IMG/VR virus record: IMGVR_UViG_3300029288_000080
Coordinates: 1-64,000 of that record
DNA length: 64,000 bases
DNA from: a virus
Lineage: Duplodnaviria; Caudoviricetes
Strand: one strand, 5' to 3'
The notes under the pieces were generated by a model that had not been told where the DNA came from, did not search any database, and was given only the letters and a program-made list of their open reading frames with translations. Made by a program: the position numbers and the translations under genes. How positions within the stretch are numbered: the stretch's first letter is position 1; each line of letters starts with the position of its first letter. Below, one piece after another: positions 16,956 to 25,473 of the stretch.

Positions 16956-17031
16956 TGCCTGCGGGCAGAGTCGAACTGCCAACTACGGCTGTCTGAGAAC
17001 CGCTCCTCTAGCCTATTTGGGATACGCAGGC
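16956..17031 (-). tRNA. tRNA-Leu(CAG), short variable loop
   Basis: CGGTT-CTCAGAC-AGCCG; A73. Confidence 0.8.
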
Positions 17032-17036
17032 AAACA

Positions 17037-17070
17037 TGGTCCCGGCTGGACGCGACCCAGCACATTGACA
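17037..17070 (-). pseudogene. 3' remnant of a tRNA (T-arm plus acceptor 3' strand)
   Basis: GCTGG-GTCGCGT-CCAGC-CGGGACCA; no anticodon arm upstream. Confidence 0.45.
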
Positions 17071-17081
17071 CCTCTGTTCGT

Positions 17082-17912
17082 CTACCGCGACGAATGTATT
17101 CCATATTGTCTACACCATTTAGCGACGGTATTGTCTGATACTTTAAATATTTTTGCTATCTTTTTGAAAGATTTTTCAGCGACTAACTGTTGTAGTTTTT
17201 CTGCGGAAGGTCTAGCCACCTTTCTCCGAGATATTTGTGCACACTCCTGTGAGCAATATACTTGTTTTTTGAATAATGCGTCAAAGGTAGCCCCGCACCG
17301 CGGACATTTTTTAACCTTCATGCTCATAAGGGAGAGACGCTTCTTTTTATATGTATTTTTTACTCGCTTTATCCAGCGCAGAATGTACGCTTCGTCTACG
17401 TTGGGTTGCTGACCTGCCATTTGTTGCACGGTAACGGCCGTATCTTTTTCGGCTTTGTAATACGTGCGGCTGTCTTCATAATACACCGCTATTTTTCCTA
17501 TTTTCTTCCCCACCCTAGCCGCCCCATATGCCCCCTTGCATCTGTTTCCGCAAAAAGGACCCGCCATCTTTCTACGCTGCTGTTCCCACAATACGCGTGG
17601 GAGTTGCTCAAAATTTCTACCGCACCACACACATTGTACCTGCGTCATTACACAGCGTAGGCTGTCGTCAGCACTGTGTCGTCCATTAGGAACAATGCGT
17701 AGATTGCTCCAAGCATTATCCGTAAAGTCCCCATTTATGTGGTCTATCGTTTCCGTTTTACGGTCTAACTCCCGGTTGAGCAGTACCTCCACCAAGAATT
17801 TAGGATACGATTTGACCGTTCGCCGCCCGTCTTTAAAATAGACGACGATGTTTTTCCGCCCACTTCCACGGTCAGTGTATGGACCGTAGATATTGGAAAT
17901 TTTTCCACGCAT
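17082..17912 (-). CDS. HNH homing endonuclease, C-terminal HTH
   Basis: ETIDHINGDFTDNAWSNLRIV; AAGGAGG SD. Confidence 0.9.
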   Translation of the reverse strand: MRGKISNIYGPYTDRGSGRKNIVVYFKDGRRTVKSYPKFLVEVLLNRELDRKTETIDHINGDFTDNAWSNLRIVPNGRHSADDSLRCVMTQVQCVWCGRNFEQLPRVLWEQQRRKMAGPFCGNRCKGAYGAARVGKKIGKIAVYYEDSRTYYKAEKDTAVTVQQMAGQQPNVDEAYILRWIKRVKNTYKKKRLSLMSMKVKKCPRCGATFDALFKKQVYCSQECAQISRRKVARPSAEKLQQLVAEKSFKKIAKIFKVSDNTVAKWCRQYGIHSSR

Positions 17913-17971
17913 GGTGCGAACCTCCTTAGCATTTCATTCTACACTAATAGATTAAGGTGGTTGCACTGAAG

Positions 17972-18045
17972 TGGTCCGGGCGGGACTTGCACCCGCAGAA
18001 ACATGGCCCTCGACCATGCGCGTCTGCTGATTGCGCCACCGGACC
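17972..18045 (-). tRNA. tRNA-Leu(GAG), short variable loop, C33
   Basis: CATGG-TCGAGGG-CCATG; A73. Confidence 0.8.
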
Positions 18046-18064
18046 AAACTGCACGAAACGTGTC

Positions 18065-18136
18065 TGGGCAGTATCGGGATTGAACCGATGATCTTCCGGG
18101 TGTTGACCGGATACTCTCCCACTGAGCTAACCGCCC
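18065..18136 (-). tRNA. tRNA-Val(AAC), C33
   Basis: TCCGG-TCAACAC-CCGGA; Val-like GGGCGGTTAGCTCAG body. Confidence 0.85.
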
Positions 18137-18140
18137 TGGA

Positions 18141-18213
18141 TGTGCCTGGAGGAACTTGAATCCCCATAGTACCGCCTATCGAGCGGTCGCCTTACCTATT
18201 AGGCCACAGGCAC
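18141..18213 (-). tRNA. tRNA-Ile(GAT), C33
   Basis: ACCGC-TCGATAG-GCGGT. Confidence 0.8.
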
Positions 18214-18221
18214 GTGGTCAA

Positions 18222-18288
18222 CAGCCCACTGGAGGATCGAACTCCACCGATGACCTTTGGAGGGTCGTCTGCACCCAGTGCGTGGGCT
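18222..18288 (-). tRNA. tRNA-Trp(CCA) with minimal D-arm
   Basis: GACC-CTCCAAA-GGTC; D-arm GCAC-TGG-GTGC; G73. Confidence 0.8.
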
Positions 18289-18293
18289 AATCT

Positions 18294-18314
18294 ACATCAC
18301 GACAACTCTTCAGT
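18294..18314. repeat. inverted repeat, upstream arm bracketing the tRNA array
   Basis: ACATCACGACAACTCTTCAGT is complementary to 12046..12067. Confidence 0.85.
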
Positions 18315-18324
18315 TTTCAAAGCA
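18311..18324 (-). promoter_or_regulatory. rrn boxA-like antitermination element
   Basis: TGCTTTGAAAACTG resembles rrn leader boxA (e.g. TCTTTGAAAACT). Confidence 0.6.
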
Positions 18325-18488
18325 GCCAATCAATCCACCGAGGGGGTCCTGGCGGGCCAGGGAACAGTCGTGACCATTCCATGGGTTCCACCAGGGCGGT
18401 GCCGTCAAGGTCCCTACTCGTCGCCTCCCATCCTGTCTCCCTCTCGACCTCCGCGCCTCGGCATCCATCGGGGCCCTTTGTGGGCCAG

Positions 18489-18526
18489 AAAACAAAAAAG
18501 CCACCCGAGATTTCTCTGGGGTGGCT
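18489..18526 (-). terminator. intrinsic terminator (attenuator) upstream of the tRNA array
   Basis: AGCCACCC-CAGAGAAATCTC-GGGTGGCT followed by TTTTTGTTTT. Confidence 0.9.
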
Positions 18527-18568
18527 CCGGTTCGGTCGTTTCGTCTAGGTCATCCGGGAGCCACCCCG
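18518..18568 (-). promoter_or_regulatory. antiterminator helix, mutually exclusive with the terminator
   Basis: GGGGTGGCTCCCGG (18567-18554) pairs with CCGGAGCCACCCC (18530-18518). Confidence 0.85.
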
Positions 18569-18708
18569 TTCGGATCGCAGGACAGATAATTGTGCGAAAA
18601 CCAACTATCATGTCCTGCGGTAATTGGGCACATGGTACGCCCGAGACCCTGGGGGCAACCCGTGCCCTGGGGCTTCTGCGTCGTGACCATGTGGACTTTT
18701 CTCAACAT
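18550..18708 (-). CDS. attenuator leader peptide, 52 aa (below the ORF-track cutoff)
   Basis: MLRKVHMVTTQKPQGTGCPQGLGRTMCPITAGHDSWFSHNYLSCDPNGVAPG*; last codons cover the antiterminator strand. Confidence 0.75.
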   Translation of the reverse strand: MLRKVHMVTTQKPQGTGCPQGLGRTMCPITAGHDSWFSHNYLSCDPNGVAPG

Positions 18709-18743
18709 GCAGTACCAGTACCTTGCCCCGACGGGTCCGTCAA
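18709..18743 (-). promoter_or_regulatory. sigma70-type promoter for leader and tRNA array, leaderless
   Basis: TTGACG-17-TACTGG (imperfect -10), 6 nt to ATG 18708. Confidence 0.6.
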
Positions 18744-18812
18744 GGGGTTTTTACTGTTTTTCGTGTAGTAATTTGGTTTGGTGGTCCCCAGACCGTTCGC
18801 TGACGATATTTC

Positions 18813-18847
18813 TTGACTTCCTGGTGGTAGACCGGTAAAATCCTTCC
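18813..18847 (+). promoter_or_regulatory. divergent sigma70-type promoter
   Basis: TTGACT-17-TAAAAT, 6 nt to ATG 18848 (10-codon uORF). Confidence 0.75.
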
Positions 18848-18905
18848 ATGGTGCGGTCGAGGTTGACCGCAGCGCCTTGAGGGTTCAGGGCTACAGGAGC
18901 GACAG

Positions 18906-19553
18906 ATGTACGGTGTGGAACGCCCACGGCTATTTTTCCCCCGTTTGCTCGCGCTGGGCCAAGAGGTCAAGAGCGCCAACGGTTCAGTACCGCTGTACCG
19001 ACTTGGCTGGGAACAGTTCGACGCTGCCTTGGCTGCACCCACAGTACCGGCCACAGGCTTAGTTACTCCCCGGCCTCAAACAAGGCCCTCGCTACTCTGT
19101 GCTCCACGCAAAACCTGGTTGGACATGTTGATCTACGCGGTCCCCCAGCACTACCGGGTTGAAATCCGTAGGTGCTGTCGCGAAGCCGTAGCAGAACGTG
19201 AACGTCATCTCCCGTTTCCCAAACAAGTCAAGGACCAGATGCACCGTAGCACTGAAGCTCTGGTTCACATGGCCCTGTTCTTGACCGCCGATTGTCTCTA
19301 CGACACCATGGCCAACCGCTACTCCCGCGGCCCCGACCGTTGTGTGGTTCTACCTTGTCTACTGCTTCGTTTTTGGGAGCATCAGGTCACTACACCTAAT
19401 GGTGCTGTTGATCTATGTGGAGTGCTGTACAACGAGCCATTGCAAGGCCGAAACCCGGCGGAGCAAGAAATTTTTGCAACATTACGCGCCGAGGTGACCC
19501 AGCGGCGACTTGAAATGCAACAAGCACAAAGCACAAACGGAAAGGACGCCTAA
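18906..19553 (+). CDS. hypothetical protein
   Basis: AGGAG SD. Confidence 0.6.
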   Translation: MYGVERPRLFFPRLLALGQEVKSANGSVPLYRLGWEQFDAALAAPTVPATGLVTPRPQTRPSLLCAPRKTWLDMLIYAVPQHYRVEIRRCCREAVAERERHLPFPKQVKDQMHRSTEALVHMALFLTADCLYDTMANRYSRGPDRCVVLPCLLLRFWEHQVTTPNGAVDLCGVLYNEPLQGRNPAEQEIFATLRAEVTQRRLEMQQAQSTNGKDA

Positions 19554-19555
19554 AT

Positions 19556-22500
19556 ATGATAACGTTAGTGGCAGCCATACTATTCGCAGCCGCCGTATTA
19601 TTCGTAGCAGGAGCGCTCGAAAGACTCGACGGTAAGTGCATCTCGCACGCACGACTTTTGCGGGCGCCACCGCTTCCCAGAGACCTAACGACGCACGCAC
19701 ACGCGCAAAACGCAAACACGGCAAGGGCGGAAAAATATAGTTTGGCAGAGGTCGCCGAAATTGTGGACTGGCTGGATGAAAGCTAGAAATAGAACCAGGA
19801 CTATTGAAACTTCAAACCCAAAGTATGGCCGGCACGCTTCGGCGCCGAGCAATAGAAAATGTGGCTCGTGCCATCCAAACAGTTACCTGACGAAAGGACA
19901 CGAATCATGACGCCGGCATGGTGGAAAACCTATCGGGAAATTTTGCTAATGAAGACCAAACGACGTGGCTTTGAGGTAACGTTGAAGCCAGTAGTGTCGT
20001 GTCCTAACCTAGACCCCGACATCTGGGCGCGGGACCAGCATGGCGCGATCATGGTGCTGCGCCAAGGGTGTGAAAAAGGTGTCAAATGATCGATGCCGTG
20101 TCTACTGTCCTGCTTGGGCTGGGCGTACTTATTGTGTTGAACTTGCTAATGGTTATGCTTTATATGGTTGCGCATAAAATTTGCTACTGGTTGCAGTGGT
20201 GCTGGAGACAAGTGTACAGGCGCGACTATCATAATTTTAACAGGAATAATCCTACGGAGTCACCTCCGATAAGCAACAAACAGGAAAAGGAAGGCTAGAC
20301 AATGACAAATGAATTTCACACCGATACGTCTTCTATGTCAGTGGACATCTTTGGCCGCTGCTCTATGCAGGGCACGGAAGTAACTTATAAAGCGCAGCAC
20401 TCCAAGGTGATGGTGCAGTTTGAGCCACAGGCAAACGGCCGCTGGCGAGTCTTCATTGACCCGTTCCAAGATAAGCAGTCAGACCCTCCTCGCGTGATCC
20501 CCGACGATCTCCTAGTAGTGCACAGCGTAGAGACTCCTAACAAAAGCCGCCCTAAAGCGGGCAGCGTGTTACGGGTGCTACGGGTAGCAGGAGTGGAAGA
20601 CGATAACGAAGTACACCAGGCCACTTATATAGGAACCCGCTGGATTGATGTCGTGGTGGAGACCTTAGACGCCAAGTTTAGTTACACTGACAAAACCATC
20701 GTGATTGGAGCCCTGTCATGACCAAAAAACAATTGGCAAAATGGAAGCAGCAGATGCAAGAAATTGCGGCAGGCGGTGACCCGGAGATCGCGCACCCTAG
20801 AGCCGATGACTTGCTTTGCGCTATCCTGCGTGAACTCGGTGCTGGGGAAGTAGCAGATATTTTTGACGCCATGGACAAGTGGTATGTGCAGCTACAGGAG
20901 GACTAGCTATGACCCTAGAAATACAGCGAGGGCTGCTTGAGATCGTAGAGCAACGTAGTCGTCGTGATTTTAGACGCCAGTACGAGGAACGCTTTCCGAA
21001 TGATCCTCTTCCACCTGGATGCGATGATTCGGAGACACGGCCGCTTAACCTTCCATGGCCATTGATCCCAGAAGATCTGGAGGATTAGCCATGAGCGTCG
21101 AGACTACAGGCATGGGCAGGCTCAGGTTCACTGCTCATTATTTCTGGAACCTGATTTGGCATGGACGTTGGGCAGATCTGGCTAACGCGGTAAGTGAGAA
21201 ACTCCACTACGGCACTATACCACCGGACCGTTGGCTGTTCCCTTATTTCGCCGCTGACTACTTGCTGCCGCGCCTGCGGGCCATGAGAGCGTGCAACACA
21301 AAACCACCACGAAGTCTTGTGAGCCTTGACTCCCCAGATGAGTGGCACCAGACCCTGGATGATATAATTTTCGCCTTTGAAACGGTCTACGCCGCCGTCC
21401 CCCTGGCCAGCGCAGATGGAAGCGTGGATATCTTGGACGAACTCACCAGCGAGCGGGTGCTGCGAGGTTTTGCACTGTTCGGTAAACACTTCATACACCT
21501 ACATGGCTAACGACATGAAACAAGAAGCTAACCCACTACAGTGGTATAGGTTAAGCCTGCGTCTGATCATGGTCAGAGCTGGCTTGGCCACTATAGACGC
21601 TGACGGCAAAATGACGCCCACAGCGAAAGGAAACCATTTATTCCGTCCCCAGTTTTGGAGCAGTGCTGAATTTCAAGGTAAGGATGGGAAGGAAAAATCA
21701 CTGTGATGGAAGAAACCACAAACCCAAAAACGGCGGACCAGCAGTGTATCAAACCAGTACCAACACTGGCCTTCCTTTACCCACAAGGTGTTGATGATTA
21801 CGAAGTGTTGTGGCACCGACGACTCAGTTGTTACCATGACAACAACCAACGACGTTCTGCGCGGCCTGAAGGTTAAGTTACCCGTGTTTATTTTCATCTA
21901 TGCTGTCGTTACCACTATGGCGGTATTCCTGTGCAGTGTGTACTTACAAAACGGTTGGTCTCTGCTCAGCCCCTTTGTTATGGCTGCGCTTATGCTGACT
22001 ATGCTGGCACACCAACACCGACTCATTGTCACTAAACGTAGGTGCAAGGAGCAGCTCCGTCAAACCAAGTGGCTGATGAAACATTTGCACGATGCCGTGC
22101 TGTGCAAACGCCGCTACCGTACCTGTCTGGATCAAGAAGTGTCAGACGTACTGACTGGTCGCAAGGAGTTGTAGGGCCGGCCATGGATACCCTTATTTGC
22201 CTTGTGCCACTTATTTGTTTCTGGCTGCTTGTTTGGCCGTACTGCCGCTACAAGGGAGATGAGTAATGAGCAAACGTAAATTCGCCGTCATCATGACAAT
22301 TGTGTTTACACTAGCGTTATTGACGGCTGCACTTAGCTTCTGGCTAAAGGTGTATTTCCACAACCACGTGTTGCACTAAATAGGGCATACCAATCGCCAA
22401 AGGACGCAGCTATGAAACAAGAAAAAGCAAACTCCACGGACAGCGATTACTCCAACCTTCTCGCCAAGGCCAGAAAGGAGAATAAGGAGCCGTGGTTGGC

Positions 22501-23430
22501 AAAGTTAGAAACCATATGTAGACCAACCACAGAAATTGAAGTACACGAGATGAAGTTCCGCTTGATTGGTATAGGAGACGCCATGCAGCGCATGGCTGAG
22601 CTGCGCCGGGACTGCAAAGAAGAAGTGGTACTACTGTGCAAGCGACTTTACGTGTGTACCGAGAACCCGTTTTACTTGGCACTTGGTACTGCCTGCGCCG
22701 CCGATGACCAGATAACGCGCTACGAAGACGAATTAGGTAAGTGCTTAGTCGATGGAGTGTCGACTGACTGGAACGCCAACCCAGACCACGAAAGGAAATA
22801 ACCGTGAACATGACAACCACCAATCGAGAGGTCACCAAGGAAGAGCAAGAGTTACAAAAGCATGTGCAGCATGAACTAGTGACAAAACTGATCGCCGAGG
22901 TGGCTCACTGGCTGGACTCTTGGATACGTTGCAACGGTATCACAGTAAGCACCGAACAATGTTTTCAGGGTTTAGTGATCGCAACGCTACGTCATTGTCA
23001 GGCCGCAGTCATTGAGACAGGAGATTTAGGGTTGCTTGGGGCTATAGACGCGGAACTGCTGAAGCGAATGGGTATCCCTAAATTACCACTCACACTAACA
23101 GAGGCGTCAGAAAAATTGCAGCGCCTGAAGTACGGAGAATAAACCATGAACCCAGACACCAACAAATTTGAACAACTCCATACTGCACTACAAACCGAAG
23201 TTGAAGCGCTGACGCTAAAGGCAAAAGCCGGGATAGAAAAAGCCAGCGCTACTTTGGTACGGCCCAATGGCCAACCTGTACCAGAGACCTGGACACAGTT
23301 TCAGACCGGTGAAACCGTCGTGATCAAGAACTACACCTTCAAGGTCGCGTACATCGGCGAGACTGCCATCCTGTTCGAGCCGGTCGGCCCCGTGCTGGTG
23401 GGCCAGGAGGAAGACGATGCCTTGCTATAG
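19556..23430 (+). other. run of small co-oriented hypothetical ORFs (19556, 19859, 20086, 20302, 20718, 20909, 21091, 21788, 22412, 22804, 23146), several with TM segments
   Basis: tight spacing and SD motifs; visibly more A/T-rich than the flanks. Confidence 0.55.
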
Positions 23431-23539
23431 TAATGGTGGAACGTGTTGGTTCTGCAACATCCGTAAAGGTACCCATTGGGCCTGGGACTGGCTGGTGTGC
23501 CAACAGTGCTGGCACGACTGGTTGGACTAAGGAGCGAGA

Positions 23540-24383
23540 CATGGCTACACAATTCCACACTGTAGTAATTCCACTTGGCACTACCACAACCAAACGTACC
23601 TGTGGTAGCTGTCACTTCTACGGTGACGTTGCCACCGGCGATGGACTGGTCTGTGATCTTTTTGGCGCAAAACTTAGTGGCGGTGCCTCTGCCCCGGTGT
23701 CCAGATGTAGGCGTTGTACCGACCGCGCCGTATTGGATAACTTGTCGCCTACGCTAGCGCTAAAAGAGGGCAACCCGCAGCGCATAGCCCTCAAACTGCG
23801 GTGCACTGACAAACTATGCCACCACTGTAAATTCAAGAGCCAAGATGGCCATTATCGCTGTGATTTATTCCACGAAAGACTTATGATAGACCATCCCGCT
23901 GGGACTGACTTTCTGCGACTCGATGCTTGTTTAGCTAGCGACAGCACTTACAGATCTACATGCACTAAACAAAACGACCGCTTCAAGACTGCTGCTGATA
24001 TCTGTGCCGCACTCATGACCCGGAACGGTCAGCAGCACTGGCTAATTCAGCACCGTGTGGTGCCGGTACGGTTCAAAGAGATCACGCCAGATAAGTGGAG
24101 GATAAGTATTCCGGTGTATCAGGACAACCCAGAAATACCACTTGTCAGGGTTAGCCCTGGCGACCTTCTGGTTGTCTCCACCCGTGAGTACCGAAACGGC
24201 CCAGATCTGGTTGAGACGCTCTACCCCATGGTAGTCTGCAGTGTAGAGCTGTCAAAACTAGAGGAAACGCGCTACGGCTGTGTGTTCCACCAGCCCTACC
24301 TTATTGCAGAAGCGAATCAGCTACCTGGCGATCTCGCCACAGCCAATGGCGTAGTCAGCCAAACCGAGCCAGAAATTTTCTAG
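23540..24383 (+). CDS. Cys-rich hypothetical protein with two CxxCxF..CDLF repeats
   Basis: AAGGAG SD before ATG 23540; CGSCHF..CDLF and CHHCKF..CDLF. Confidence 0.6.
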
Positions 24384-24400
24384 GTAAAAGGAGCACATCT

Positions 24401-25033
24401 ATGACTTTGATCACTAGAGAAACCTACAACGCCATACTAGAAGGTGAATCTGCCAAACGTCGTGCCGAGGCACCACCTAGAGGACTAGCAGAAGGCCAAG
24501 AGATAATTGTGGAAGGTAGGGCGGCCAACCGTCAGGCGGAAACCGAAGTGGGCGAGCCGAGGCGGCAAAGACGGCTCAAGGTCATCACGGCTGACCCAGA
24601 ACCCGCATGGTTCAATGTGGACGAAGCAGAAGCGGCGCGTTGTGGAGAGGTAGCAGGCGCGTACTGCAACATCGCTGACGTGCTGGTGGAAGATCTAGAA
24701 GACCTCTTCGTGGCCGGGGTGAACAAGCTGCCTAAGGTGAAGCGGCGGGGCAGGGTTAAGAACCAAAGCAAGACTTGGAACCGGCTGTTCGCTTACCTCT
24801 GTGCCGCGTGGACCAAGGGGTGCAGGATCGGCACCATGTACTTGACCAGGGCGAAGACGGGCCGGCTGGTCCTACAGATCCCTCTGCGCTGGCACATCAG
24901 TGAAGAGAACTTCAAAGAGCTGGCCCGGATCCTTCACACCACCGAAGCCGAGGCGGCACCAGAGGTCGCCGCGTTCATGGCCGAAGCAGAAGGCCGTGGT
25001 GGCCACAATGAAACCAGTGACGGAAAGAGGTGA
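24401..25033 (+). CDS. hypothetical protein
   Basis: AAGGAG SD. Confidence 0.6.
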   Translation: MTLITRETYNAILEGESAKRRAEAPPRGLAEGQEIIVEGRAANRQAETEVGEPRRQRRLKVITADPEPAWFNVDEAEAARCGEVAGAYCNIADVLVEDLEDLFVAGVNKLPKVKRRGRVKNQSKTWNRLFAYLCAAWTKGCRIGTMYLTRAKTGRLVLQIPLRWHISEENFKELARILHTTEAEAAPEVAAFMAEAEGRGGHNETSDGKR

Positions 25034-25036
25034 GAC

Positions 25037-25351
25037 GTGACTGACCCTACCCCTAAGCAACGGTTCGTTGACAAATTCTGCGCCGAGTATGAACTAAACC
25101 ATCAGGAGTTTGACGCCAAGTACAGTACCATTCCTGGCAAGGTGCGGCTGGACACCGGAGAAGTGGTGCAGTGGCAGATCGTGCGGTGTGTTGACCTGCT
25201 TCAAGTCACGACACACCGTGTATGCAGCAGCGATAGGCTTCCTGGAGTCAGGCTTCTCAGTTACAACGTACACGGTATCAATCCCTTGGTTTATTGTGAC
25301 CTCACAAACTGGCCCTACAGTACTGATCCGAGTAGTTGTTGCGGGTGTTAA
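25037..25351 (+). CDS. hypothetical protein
   Basis: GAGGTG SD. Confidence 0.5.
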   Translation: MTDPTPKQRFVDKFCAEYELNHQEFDAKYSTIPGKVRLDTGEVVQWQIVRCVDLLQVTTHRVCSSDRLPGVRLLSYNVHGINPLVYCDLTNWPYSTDPSSCCGC

Positions 25352-25473
25352 CTACAAAACAACCTGTGAGTACGTTTGTGCTCAGCAAAGCCCCGCCGAT
25401 TCCGTTGAGGTATGCTCGATCTGTTAGGGTTACGGCTGTATAACTCGTAAACGACCAGGAAAGACGGACAAGT

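Noticed and set aside
16956-17031. Opal/Sec tRNA (TCA anticodon)
   Set aside because: Stem pairing CGGTT/AGCCG centres the loop on CAG, and there are no Sec features.
13081-18768. ORF-track entries over tRNA genes (e.g. 13656..14243, 15122..15538, 18214..18768)
   Set aside because: They are chance frames across tRNA cloverleafs and the attenuator.
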